Assembly (NCBI GenBank): GCA_001179505.1
Contig: CDMY01000339.1
Coordinates: 49,337 to 113,336 of the forward strand
DNA length: 64,000 nt
Direction of reading: 5' to 3'
Source: Vitrella brassicaformis CCMP3155
Lineage: Eukaryota > Protista > Chromerida
The notes under the pieces are model-generated. The model was not told the DNA's origin. It made no database searches and saw only the letters and a list, made by a program, of their open reading frames with translations. Positions 37,574 to 50,502 of the stretch are shown in pieces; positions within the stretch are counted from its first letter, which is position 1, and every line of letters starts with the position of its first letter. The translations under genes and the position numbers were made by a program.

Positions 37574-38749
37574 GCTGCTGAGGATTCGTGACTGCACTGT
37601 ACACGTTGGATCTGCCGCTTCAATTCGATGTGTGCGGACCGGTCAGGCCCAACGACACCCAGTGGAACGACACAGGGTTGGTTGGTTGGTTATTGTGTTT
37701 AACGAGACTCGTGTCTGTAACCCCGAGGGGATCCTTCCAGGTCACGCACTAAACTAGCAGCATGCACATGCATAGAAGCATGCACACGGCCTGTCTCCCC
37801 ATCCCACCCACCCACCCACTCGACACGCACGTGCCACCCTATGATGGTCAGAAAATCGCTGTCGACAACGGTTGCAGGTATATGAGAATGACAGCCAGAC
37901 ATAGGCAAGACACCCAGAGGCTAGTCAGAGAGCTCGACGTCGAGCGCCCACTGATCACACAGGGGCGCAGGGGGCAGATCTGTGCAGCAGTTCAGCGATC
38001 GGGAAAAGGCTTGCACAAGTGATGCGCATTCCACGGGCAGGAATGTTCTGTCTGTTTGTGAACAGAGAAGATGCGAACCATCGTGGGTATGGGTCATCGT
38101 CATGATTCATGAACAGCAGATGGCGTGATGCACTGCTCTTCCACACACTGGCCGCTCGTGTGCTATCGCTCGACTGCGCATATCAGACACAGCGTACGAG
38201 CAGGGTCAGCAGCAGGCCAATATCCCAACCAAAGCAACGTATCCGACTGGCGAGAATTTAAATTTTGTGAGACGGGACGGCGAGACTGCCGTCTTTTTTT
38301 TTTTTCTTTCCTTCGGCAAAATACAAAAGAGGACCTTAGAAACGACGACAACGACTTGCAGAGGCATCTGTGCCGCCGTCCTGCCCACCGGCTGTGGCTA
38401 GACTTGACCAACACGCCCGGACCGACTCGGAGCCCTGCAGGTAGCTGAGCACAAACACACGGAGCTGGGCGAGATGTCCTTCATTTCTTGCGCCCCCCGC
38501 CATCGCGCGTGCCAGCACTGACACCCATGCGGTCCGACAGCCGCCACCGCGCCTGCCTATTCTGTCCGGCAGGTGGGTGGTTTGGTTTGCACATAGCATG
38601 TCAGCAGCACATACATGCCTTCTAAGATGTGTATGCATTCGTGCAGGGTCCCTGCTGACGACCAGGCTGTTGGAGGGAGTGCCAATGCTCATCCATCCAT
38701 CCATGTGCTGATTGCATTGCGTTTGTGTGCGTCGACCTTCTGCCTTCAT

Positions 38750-41060
38750 GCCATGCAGCTGGTCGACATGGTCAAGATGCGGCGTTTCCCGGCTCCAGAT
38801 GCAGGCGGCACACGGGAGACCTTTTCCCCAGCAAGTGAAAGTGTGTGGCCACTCTCTCGTGTGAACATACACTCACCTCGTATGCGCGTGTGTATTGCTT
38901 GCAGCTGGCCAGGCGAAGCTGGGCGTCGCCCAAAAGCGCCGTTTCTCATGGTGCGTTGTCAGGCTCGCGGCGCCCGACAACAATAGACCTGTCATTCGCT
39001 GCATTTGTCCATGCATGCAGGCACCCGTTGAGCAGCAAATGGGGGGACGGAGTGACCAAATGGCTGCACGGCAGTGAGGTGCTCTCGAGACTGACCCCCT
39101 TGCTGGTGCGCACTGCACACAGACACGTCCACGCTGCAAACACATGTGTGGACGGCATGTGATATATGTGTAGGGCGGCAACCGGCGCACTTGTGCGGAG
39201 ATCATGAAGCTCACGGCTGGCGGCCACATGTAAGTATGACCAGACTCTCACACCTACGTCATGCACACGTGTGTGCTCACACAACGGACACAGGATCCCC
39301 TGTCCGGGCTCGAACCACGACGCCTTCTTCATCGCCGAGCACGCCGGTACGCCCACACCCACACATACAGACACACATAGGTATGGGTGTGTGTGTCCCT
39401 TTGTAGAGCGAGGTGTGACATCGCTCGGTTGCGCCGATGGCGTCAGCGCATGGGCCTCGATTCAGGGCTGCGATCCTGGGCTCTTCGCCCGACAGCTCAT
39501 GGACGGATGCCAGGAGGCTGCACTGGCCACCGTCGCAGCAGCAGATGGTATCCACACACAGATGGTTCCGTACCGATGTATTCATTTATGTGTGCAACCA
39601 CAGGCCCGGCGCCATCGAATGCATCGAGTGCGGCTGACGGAGACGGTGCTGATGTCGCGGCAGAGGAGACCGCCATGAGGTGCGTTATGTGTGTGCAGTG
39701 CACAGATGGACATGTGTGTATGTCTGTGGTTATTTATGTCTGTGTGTGCGCATTAAGGATAGTGCGCTTCGGGTATTCCATAATAAGAGCATGTGGTGGC
39801 TCGACGGCCCTAGTGGCGTATCTGGACCGGTAGGTACGCACCCCACCCGGACACACATGGGCTGGGCCGCAGACGTGAGTGCGTACGCCTTTCTGCACAC
39901 ATACATACACATACAGGGCGAGAAGCTGGGGGTCGCGAACCTGGGCGACTCCACATTGATGCAGCTGCGGTGAGCGTGCGCATTAGACGGGCGCATTCAT
40001 TGTCCGTCATTCTCTCTGTGTCTCTCTCTCTGTCTTGCTGTCTCTCAGACGGCGGGAAAACGGCAGCATGGCAATGATCGAGAGGACACGCGAGCAGCAG
40101 CATGCATTTAACACCCCCTATCAGCTGCGGCGACTGCTGGTAGACACACCTACACCTACACCTACCTAGACACACACACACACACACACACGAATGGATG
40201 CATGTGGTCAATTTCCAGGAGGGGCTGCACGCGCAGGGTGCCACTCGGGAAGATACGCCTGCCGATGCTGACACGTACTCTCTACGTGTCCTCGAAGGCG
40301 ATCTCATTATTATCGGCACAGATGGTACGCCACGCCACGCCACGCCACGCCACGCCTCGCCACGCCACGCCACGCCACGCCACGCCACGCCAACCGTGTG
40401 CGGCATACATGAGGCATGAGGCGCGTGTGCGTGTGTCCCTGTGGGGCTGTTCGACAACCTCTACGAGCAGGAGATCCAGGAGATAGCCGGATACGCCCTC
40501 TCTCCGTCTGAACGCTGCAGTAGGCGCCGACCCTACCCAGCCGCGAACACACAGATTACCCACTCTACCCTTTGCAGGCCCTGCAAGAGGACTCCTTCAC
40601 GACGTCGCCATTCCACCTTGCGGTCGCCTTGGCCAAGGCGACGTGCGAGCGGAGGTGCGCACGAAAGGCGTGCTTCTAGTTCGTCACTGCATCGTTTGTT
40701 TGTGCTGTGGGTGCAGCCGACAAGCCGACGCCGACATGCCCTTCCACGACAGTGCGCGCAGAAGCAGGGCAGCCGTTTGCCGAGGGGGAAAGGCCGATTG
40801 TAAGAATTGCCATGACATACACACACGTGCTCACCGTATGCCCGCTTTTCGACCCCCACACAGGCGTCTTTGACAACCTCGGCGACAACCACATCCTCAA
40901 CATTGGCAACATGGCCATATCGCCCTACGATGCACTGGTCGGTCAGACCTGCACACAGACAGGCGCGTGTACGGTGTGATCTTTGTGCATAGGCACTGAA
41001 TTACTCGTGCCTTGCCACGCCGCCGTCAGCCATCGCCCGGGCCGTTGCCAAAGCCGCACA
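38750..41060 (+). pseudogene. PTC7-type PP2C phosphatase, copy 1 (degenerate, chimeric 3' end)
   Basis: IPCPGSNHDAFFI; LGCADGVSAW; GGSTALVAYL; LGVANLGDS; QQHAFNTPYQ; GDLIIIGTDG; LFDN; GGKAD, which runs into a duplicate of the copy-2 3' region (40800-41280 matches 43545-44030). Confidence 0.8.
40326..40391. repeat. Intronic (GCCAC)n pentanucleotide microsatellite
   Basis: About 12 units seen directly. Confidence 0.9.
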
Positions 41061-41429
41061 TGAGAGGAGGTACACACGCACAGATAGAGAGAGAGGGTTG
41101 TGAGTGCGTGTGTCTGTGCGGGTGATGGCTTCGTTCAGCCTGGGGCAGCCTGAGAGCCCCACAGGAGCTGTGCAGGTTCTTTCACCATACGAATCGGAGG
41201 TGAGCCGGCAGCCCTCGGGACCAGACACTCACTCCCCCGGGAGCTGAAGAAGGTTCTTTACCTCGAACAAGGCTCAAATGGCTGCCTTATTGTATGTTGA
41301 ACAGATGTGTGTGGGGATCGCTGCCTTCATTTTTATATTTCGTGGTCGTTTCCTTCGCCCGCTGACGCGACGCCGGGTAGAAAAAGGGACACACACACAC
41401 ACACACACATGGAGGGATACCGCGTCTGC

Positions 41430-42821
41430 GTCTGCCACTGCCGCTGTTGAGGATGAGGGCCCTTCCGAGACCGACCCGGACATGGAGCCGCTGGAGCTGC
41501 AGGGCAAGGGATGGGCGAGAAGACGGTCAGTCAATCAGCACCATTGCGGCCCCCCACACACCCCACTCACACGCATGTGTATGTGTGTGCAGGGCGTCTG
41601 TGAGCACGTCGAATGTCAGTGCGAGCTCGAGCACTGCTGAGGGGCTCCGGCAGACGTCGGGAGGTCAGCGCAGATGGTCGGCCGCGGACACCAGTGACGC
41701 ACTCGGGTAAGAATGCAGCCCAGGCCCCGTCCCAAACACACACATACGGACGTCCATGTGTGACATGCAGCCCTGCTGCTTCGGCGACGCACGAGGACTT
41801 GAAGCGCCTCGAGTACGAGTCAAGACTGATCACTCTGCCCGTACGGACGCACACACCTTCAGACGGATTAAGGTGTGGGTCGATGTATGCTGCATACAGG
41901 ACCAGAGAATGCGCTCAGGGCTCCGGCTGGATGCGGGATCTTACATGTGAGTGAGTGGCGTGTGTTGTGTATGGCACACAAGTAGTGCATCCGTGTTGGT
42001 TGGATGGGACATGCAGGATCCCGCGTGCCGACAAGCAATCGACGGGGGGAGAGGATCCCCTTTTCCTTTGCATGCGAGCAGGTACGTACCTTTGTGAGCA
42101 GCAGCTACGTCACGCAAATGTGTGTGAAGTGATCCGTTTGTTTGTCATCCATTCATTCATTCATTCATTTGCGTGGACCAACAGGGGCAGTCGGTGTGGC
42201 AGATGGCGTTGGCAAGTGGGGCGACAAGCTCGCCTGCAGCGCACAGGCGTAAGACACGTGCACATACATCCAGACAGACAGACACATCTCGACTTATTTC
42301 TGTCTGCCTGTCTGTCTGTGGGTGGGTGGGTGGGTGGGTGGGTGGAAAACAGCTTCGCCAAGGAGCTGATGCAGGGCTGCGGAGAAGCCGCTACCTTCTT
42401 GACCACGGCAGCGGCCGCCGACGGTACACAACACAACAAACATCCATCCATCCATCCGCGAGAGTGCGCATCGATATGTACATACCTGCAGGTTCGCCCA
42501 TGAGTGCGTCCACAGCTGCAGCGGACACACCGACAAGCGCCGCGCTTCCGGCAGAGAGCGGCTCCACGTACCTGAGTGAGCTTCTCAACGACAAGGAGCT
42601 CCCTGTGGAACAGCAAGCACTGCGGTGGGCGTACAAGTGTTTGCGCATGTGCATCCACCTTCATCTGTGTGTGTCCGTGTGTGTGGTTTGCGCACGGTAC
42701 GTGTACACAGGCTGCTGCAGCACGGCTACAGTGCCACACGCTCCTGTGGAGCGTCAACAGCCCTCGTGGTCGTGATGGACAAGCAGGTGTGCGAGTCTGT
42801 GTGTTGGCATTTGCGTATGTA

Positions 42822-42855
<34 letters not shown>

Positions 42856-43810
42856 GGTGTCTGTGTGCATGTGTGTGCTGTAGCAGGGCGACAAGCTGGG
42901 CGTGGCCAACCTGGGCGACTGTAGCATGATGGTGCTGCGGTCAGTAATGAGGTCACACCACACACAACTGTCGTCGTGATTAGAGTGCACAGGCATGTCG
43001 CTGGTTGGAACTGTGTGTGTGTGTGTGTGTGTGTGTGCAGGCGCGTGAGAAGCAGCGACAAACTGGTCACGGTGGCTTTCCGCGCCAAGGAGCAGCAACA
43101 CTCGCCCAACGAGCCCTACCAGGTGTGTTGCACCACCACACTCGCACACGCACTGCGTGAAGGTACATGCATGCGCTTGTATGTTATGTGTGCATTTCTG
43201 CAGCTAATGCGGCTGCCTGAGGAGACTGAGTACGACCGGCTGACTTCCAGCGGAAGGGTAAGTAAGCACGGGCACCAGAGCGTGCATGTGTGTGGATTGG
43301 ATACGCCTGTATGTGTGCTGTGCGCGACAAATGTTTGCAGGGTGTCCTGGTCCAAGCGGTGCGAGCCTTCCGAGAGCGCGACCTCACAGAGGTTTGTTGA
43401 GGGGAATATGCGCTTCCTTCTCCGCTGCACCCACGTGTGTGCGTGTATCCCGCCCCACCCCACCCCACCCAGGACACCCCTGACATGGCCAAGCTGGAGT
43501 CCGTCAACGTGTGTGAGGGCGATCTCATCATCCTCGGCTCAGACGGTAAGCATTGCCATGACATACACACACGTATGCCCGCTTTTCGACCCCCACAGCC
43601 GTCTTTGACAACCTCGGCGACACCGACATCCTCAACATTGGCAACATGGCCATATCTCCCTACGACGCACTGGTCGGTCAGACCTGCACACAGGCAGGCG
43701 CGTGTATGATGTGATATTTGCGCATAGGCACTGAATTACTCGTGCCTTGCCGCGCCGCCGTCAGCCATCGCCCGGGCCGTTGCCAAAGACGCACATGAGA
43801 GGAGGTACAC
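41430..43810 (+). pseudogene. PTC7-type PP2C phosphatase, copy 2 (lacks the terminal GGK-DDIT exon)
   Basis: SGLRLDAGSYM; IPRADKQSTGGED; AVGVADGVGKW; CGASTALVV; LGVANLGDCS; EQQHSPNEPYQ; EGDLIILGSDG. Confidence 0.8.
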
Positions 43811-44349
43811 ACGCACAGATAGAGAGAGAGGGTTGTGAGTGCGTGTGTCTGTGCGGGTGATGGCTTCGTTCAGCCTGCGGCAGCCTGGAACCCCCACAGG
43901 AGCTGAGCAGGTTCTTTCATCATACGAATCGGAGGTAAGCCGGCAGCCCCCGGGACCAGACACTCACTCCCCCGGGAGCTGAAGAAGGTCTTTCATCTCG
44001 AACAAGGCTCAAATGGCCGCCTTATTGTGTGTTGAGCAGATGTGTGTGGCGATCGCTGCCTTCATTTTATATTTCCTTGTCATTTCCTTCGCCCGCTGAC
44101 GCGACGCCGGGAGAGAAAGAGAGTATCAACGTCATTCAGTGGTCAACGCCGAGTCGTGACGATAGACTGCCCACTGAATGCTTAACGAAGGGCGCACACA
44201 GTGAAGCAGACCGGGAGAAACAGAGACATGCTTATCTATACATGTCTCTCTCTCTGTCTGTCTGTCTGTATGTGTGTGTGTGTCTCTGTGTGCAGCGGAC
44301 GGCTAACAGACAACCGATGATGACCAAGCCTTTGGATGTCGTCGAGCGG

Positions 44350-47300
44350 GCCTTTAGCTGCACCCGCACCAACAACGCCACGAATTACAATATCACTTCC
44401 TGCACGAGTACGTGTGTGTGTTCGTGGCCACAGCCGACGAGGCATTAGTTTCATCTGCCCACTGTGCGACCTCTCCGTGTGTGTCTGTGTGTATCACATC
44501 AGAGTGTTGATGCTCATCGCCGTCGCCACCCCGCAAATGAGCCGCTCGACTTGTCTTCGTCACCCGAGCCGGACGACAAAGGCAGCGACACAGAGCAGGA
44601 GCAGGATCAAGGTGGGTGAGGGAGGGAAGAGTGTGTTGGGTGTGAGGACGTCCGGACATTCAGCCATTCATCGGTTCGGTCGGTGTGTGTGTTCTTGTCT
44701 GTGGTTGTCAGGCTAAGTGTCGCCCCCTGGGCACCGCCACTCGTCGGCATCGAACACGACGAGGGCGTGCACAAGCGGCAGCGACAACTCCCCTATGTCA
44801 CCCACCGTACGCAGCCCTACACCAACAGATAGAGAAATAGAGAGTCACGCACAGACATAGACACCCATGAAGCGCGGCTTTGCGTACTTACGTCAGAGGC
44901 AGCAGCAGCAGCAGCAGGAGAGTCAGCCGTCTGCATCTGCCGCTGCCGCTGCCGCTCCTGACGACGAGGGTCCTTCCGCTGACGCTGACCCTGACATAGA
45001 GCCGCTCCAGCTGCAGGGCAAGGGATGGGCCATTGCAGCCAAACCAGCACCATTGCAGCCACACACCCTCCCCCCACTCACACGCATGTGTGTATGTGCG
45101 TGTGTGTGTCTTGATGTGTGCAGGGCGTCTGTGAGCACGTCGGCAGCCAGTGCCAGCGCGAGCCCTGCTTGGAGGCTGCGGCGGACGTCACTCGGGTAAG
45201 TATGCAGCCCAGGCCCCGTCCCAAACACACACATACGGGCGTCCATGTGTGACATGCAGCCCTGCTGCTTCTTCGGCGACGCACGAGGACCTGAAGCGCC
45301 TCGAGCACGAGTCAACGCTGATCACTCTGCCCGTACGGACGCACACACCTTCAGACAGATTAGCATGCACACGGATGGATTTTTGGGTGGATGTATGCTG
45401 CATACAGGACCAGAGAATGCGCTCAGGGCTCCGGCTGGATGCGGGATCTTACATGTGAGTGAGTGGCGTGTGTTGTGTATGGCACACAAGTAGCGTATCC
45501 GTGTTGGTTGGGTGGGACATGCAGGATCCCGCGTGCCGACAAGCAATCGACAGGAGGAGAGGATGACGGGTCGCCGCCTATGGAGCTACTACAGGGGAAT
45601 CGCTGGGGCAGACGGTATGCGATGAGTAAGACACGCATACTTGCACATATATCTACCTTGCATGTGTCGTATGCATACATAAATGTGTGTCTGCAGAGCG
45701 TCAATCAACATGCCCGGCAGCGTTAGTGACAAGTACAAGGCGTGAAGCACATGCGTCCATGTGCTGGGTGTGTGTGTATGTGTGTGTGTGTGTACAGATG
45801 AGCAGTGCTGTGTCGGCACACCGGAGATTCTCGGTGCCAAACGGCCACCACCAGACCACTCAGCCAACGTATGCACGTGGACGACACACAAAAGCGTACG
45901 TCTGTCTGCCATCGTGTGCCCAGGGGCGTGACTGAATGGCCGTCATCAGTCACCGAAAAGCTGCAGAAAGCCGACGTGGTCGCGAGACTGACGGACCTGC
46001 CCGTACGCAAGCAAACACACAAGCACATGCAAACCCAGACACAGACGTATGTGTGCCTGGCCTGCACAGGACCAGCGCGAGAGCACCGGCCTCCGTCTGT
46101 TGGCTGCTGCCTTCGAGTACGGATGCTGACAGTGTGCATACCCAGATACCTGTGGCCATACGTGTGTGCAGGATCCAGGACCCCGACAAGACCAACAAAG
46201 GAGGAGAGGACTCCTCTTTCGCCTGCATGGACCGGGGTAATGCACATACGATTCCCACGTCACTTTCATGGACGAAGGCATACACCAACATGTGCCCACA
46301 TGAATGCAGGCAACGGCGCTGTGGGGGTGGCGGACGGTGTTGGTGAGTGGGCCGCAGGATAATATGGCATCAATCCAAAGCCGTAAGCATGCCTGTCATG
46401 GACACGCCACTCACTGCATCCTTCTGCGTGTTCCATGGATGAATCAATGTGTCCCTGCACCCACGTTCGCCGACGAGCTCATGAGGAGATGTGGACAGCT
46501 GGCTGGCATCGCCCTCGCCAACAGCACCAGCAGCGCACGTAGCAGCAGCAGCAGCAGCAGGGAGCCCCCAGTGCAGCCGCCTCGCGAGATCGCCCTTCAG
46601 TACGAGCAGCATGTGTGTGGGTACACATCCATCCATTTGCATGTGTGTTGAGCAGCTTTCTGTGGGGATCGCTGCCTTCATTTTATATTTGGTGGTCATT
46701 TCCTTCGCCCGCTGACGCGACGCCGGGAGAAAAAGAGAGTATCGACGTCATTCAGTGGTCAACGCCGGGTCGTGACGACAGACTGCCCACTGAATGCTTA
46801 ACGAAGGGCGCACACAGTGAGGCAGACCGAGGGAACGGAGAGACATGCTTATCTACACATGTCTCCCTCTCCCTCTCTGTGTGTGTGTGTGTCTCTGTGT
46901 CCGTCTGTGCAGCTGTTGACCTTTGATGATGAGCAAGCCTTTGGATGTCGTCGAGCGGGCCTTTGGCGGTCTCGTCATCGACTTGGGCCAAAGCTCGCAA
47001 CCCTTCTTCCCTCGACCAAAAAACATCCCGCCCGCTCACTGTACTCCACTTCGAGATAGTGTGTATGTGTGTGTGTCTTTTCATGTATGTGTGTAGGGGG
47101 AGCGGCTGAGCTACGCCAACCTGGGCGACTCAACCCTCATGCTGCTGAGGTGGGCACATCATAACAACAACAATAACAGTGCCACACACACTCAAGCGCA
47201 TTGTATGTGTGCAGACGCCAGGAGAGGCAGCAGGTGCGCCCGGTCATCAGGAGCAAGGAGCAGCACCACGACTTCAACCGCCCCTTCAGCTGCAGCGCCC

Positions 47301-48053
47301 TGCCACACGAGACGAGTGCGACCGAATGCAGCAGAGTGGCGAGGTGAGAAGGGAGGGAGGTGTGCATACACCGTTGTGTCTCTCGCCATGAATAAAATGT
47401 GGATGAATCGCATACAGCATCCCGAGAAGGTGGCGGCAATGAGGATGCTGGTGGGGGGAGGACAGCCCGTAAGCAGAAGAGTATTGCGTGTTGACCTGAA
47501 TGTCTCTTCGCTTCGTTCAGGACTCGCTACGCATGGCCAACACCGAGTGTGCGAGGGTGCGGGAGGGCGACATGCAATCATGGGGGCTCACCTACATGCA
47601 TTCCTGTGACTTCGTGATTGCAGGCCTCTTCGACAACCTCTTCGAAGAGGAGATCTGCGGGCTCGCCACACTCTCACTCTCGCCACACGATGCAGCGGTA
47701 ACAGCAGTTGCATCCACACCAAGAGATCCGTCTTGAGTGCGTAGCTGTGTCACATCAGGCGCTGAAGGACTCCGGAGTGGCAGCGCGCGACATCCCCCCG
47801 GTCGCTCGCTGAGGCGCTGGCCAGCGCAGCATTTCACAAGAGGTACGTAGCTCTACGTGCGCATACACTCTACACGCGCGCGTATATGTCTGTGCAGCCG
47901 AGGGAGAGAGACACCCCATTTGCACGGGCCGCTCGAGCAGATCTCCGGCAGAGGCGTGAGGACGGCCAGAGAAGCGCATTCGGAGAGCGGGAATACCAAG
48001 GGGGGAAGGTCGACGACATCACCGTCGTCGCTGCATGGCTGGTGGCTCGATGA
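44350..48053 (+). pseudogene. PTC7-type PP2C phosphatase, copy 3 (rearranged, premature stop)
   Basis: Two GGED exons (~45520 and ~46170); AVGVADGVGEWAAG* (TAA 46360-46362); YANLGDS; LFDNLFEEEI; GGKVDDITVVAAW, stop 48051-48053. Confidence 0.8.
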
Positions 48054-48179
48054 CTTACCCCTCATGCGTAAGTGCCACGAGGAGCGCTCGATCGCCATGT
48101 GGTCACTGTGTGTGACTGTCTGTGCTCTCTCTCGTCAGAATCGCGTGGGTAATCTACCAGCCCCCTCCCTATCCCTCCC

Positions 48180-48790
48180 GTTGCCTGTTGCCCTCGCTCC
48201 GGCCGATTATATCACACCCAAACGGCAAGCGTGAAAGGGAGGGGATGGCAAAGAAGGAATATATCTGTCGCTGCATGTGCTGCCTGTGCCTTCATTTGAT
48301 GTGTGCAGGCGTATTTGGCTTATCCGCGTGTACTGGCTCAGCTGTGGTTGATCGGCCACCACATCAACTTCGGCGACGGCATGATCCTTCGCCTGTTTCA
48401 GCATGGGACAGCATGGGAACGTACTGCGGGCATTCCGAGACGATGATGGCTTCGAGCTTACAATCAACCCGGATTTCCCAACAACCGGCAGCATCTACCA
48501 TTTATACCCGCAAGATCGGCGAGAGCAGGACCCGCCCGTTTCCAGCAGAGTCGACTATGGGATGATCCAATTCGGCCCAGCTGATTCAGAGTGGGGGCTG
48601 GTGCCGGGAAATGCAAGGCTTCGCTATGTGTCTGTGTCATGATTCGTGAAAAATATCATCCTGACGCACTTCAAGACAATCCATCAGATCCACACAACAA
48701 CTACAGCAGTGGCCAGGTGAGTCGGGAAATGTCAAGAAGAAGGTTGTCTAAATACGCGTCTCTGGTATGTTGTGTGTCATGCACTTAGTT
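48180..48790 (+). pseudogene. Fragment of the lineage-specific family, nearly identical to 62290-62880
   Basis: Shared LVGHHINFGDGMILRLF...HGNVLRAFRDDDGFELTINPD...QDPPVSSRVDYG, with frameshifts. Confidence 0.8.
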
Positions 48791-49440
48791 TTGCTGTCGA
48801 TGCAGAGGCACAGCACATGTAGGGGGTTTATGGCGTCGCGTGTAGCAAGCCGAGAAGGCCAAGGTGGTACCTCAAAGAGCAACTGGTGAGACACAAACAA
48901 ACAGGCAAACACCCAAACATACACTCGTCTGTCGGCCTGTCTGTCTGTCTCTTTGTCTACAGCGTTTCATAGTGTACCTGAGACAGAAAGGTGAGCGAGA
49001 GACACAGACAGACAGACAGACAGACAGACAGCTGGCATGTCTCATGGATTGATTGCTGTGTTTGTTCACCACTCAACAGCGGCCAAGTAGGGTGTGAGGT
49101 CGTCCGGACATTCAGCCATTCATCGATCGGTGGGTTGTTCTTGTCTGTGGTTGTCAGGCTGCGTGCCACCGTCGGAACACCGTGACTCATCGGCAACCAA
49201 CACACCACTCTTCGCCGCTCGATTGCGTGTAACGAAAACCTAAAACTGGATGGACGCACACGCAGAGAGAGACAGAGGGAGAGAATGAGCGTCATAAATG
49301 CATTCATACGTATGGCTCTCTGGTGTCTCTCTGTGTGCTCTGTGTCTCCAGGCCGCCACGGCACCAGCAACAGCAGCGGCTGCAGTTGTCCAGACAATCG
49401 GTGTCTACATTTTATATTTGACGAGACCCTTAAGGATCTG

Positions 49441-49910
49441 CAGTCCGGACCGCGTAAGTGGGTCACCGCATAAGCGGGTCAGTTGCGTATGTGGGTCAGC
49501 CCATCCCGATCACTCTGTACACAGTCAAAAACGGACCGGATAACCGGGTCACCTCCCAAAGAGACTCAAATCACCCATCCAAACCGACCATTCATGGCTC
49601 AAAATGACCGCAAGACGATGAAGAACCTCTCTGTGAAAGAGCGGACCGATGAAAGTGTGATCTCATTGAGAAATACAGACATTTTGTTTGTCATCTTCTG
49701 AGATGATCGACGGATTTCGTAAATCTGAGTGACTTCGAGCGAGAAAAAAAGAGTCAATGGGCTTCTGAGAGGCTCCTGTGATTCATTCACAGCGAGAAAT
49801 CACTCCAAAAGTCGCTGGAAAACAAGTGGGTCAGCTCTGTAGTAGGTATAAGCGGGTCAAACGCGTAAGTGGGTCAGCCATGTACTGACCCACTTACGCG
49901 GTCCGGACTG
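49441..49910. mobile_element. 470-bp MITE with perfect 25-bp terminal inverted repeats, Tc1/mariner-like ends
   Basis: Left CAGTCCGGACCGCGTAAGTGGGTCA (49441-49465) is the exact reverse complement of 49886-49910. Flanks are TG (left) and TA (right); the interior is AT-rich and non-coding. Confidence 0.85.
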
Positions 49911-50502
49911 TATCCTGCGTGCCTTTTTGAGTTCGTGAATAAGAGTCTGTGATCCGACGTTGATGACAGGTGCACATCGTTGATGACATGGTTCGTGAGT
50001 GAGCGGCATGACATGCATGGTCTTTCAAGGAAGCTTGTTCATGCCTCTCTGCCTGCCTTGCATTCTTTCTTGCCCCCAGTATTGAATAATCGCAGACACT
50101 CATCCATCTCTTCCGAGCTCGAGAAGTCACTCATACAGCCCAGCCAATTGTCGGACGATGTGTCCTCAAAATCATCTTGATCAACAAACAACAGAGAGCA
50201 AACCTACGTCTGATCAAAATCTGTTGTTTCTCGGCGTGTCTCGTTATGCTTCAAGTACCTCGAACACCATTCACTGCTCGTGCAGACAGCCGCATTGCTT
50301 CAGGACCAGCGCAAAGGGGAATTGGGGCCGTCTCATTTTGACAGAAGGCGTTGACAGAAGGCGTTCCGGAGAAGATGACAGATAGAAGCGTGGTAACGAG
50401 ACCAGGACGGGCACCAGAACCCCTTCAACACGCGCCTCCGCACGTCCACGGGCTCGAAGCAGTCTCGAAGCTCGCAGATCGAACTAGAGGAGAACAGGGT
50501 GA

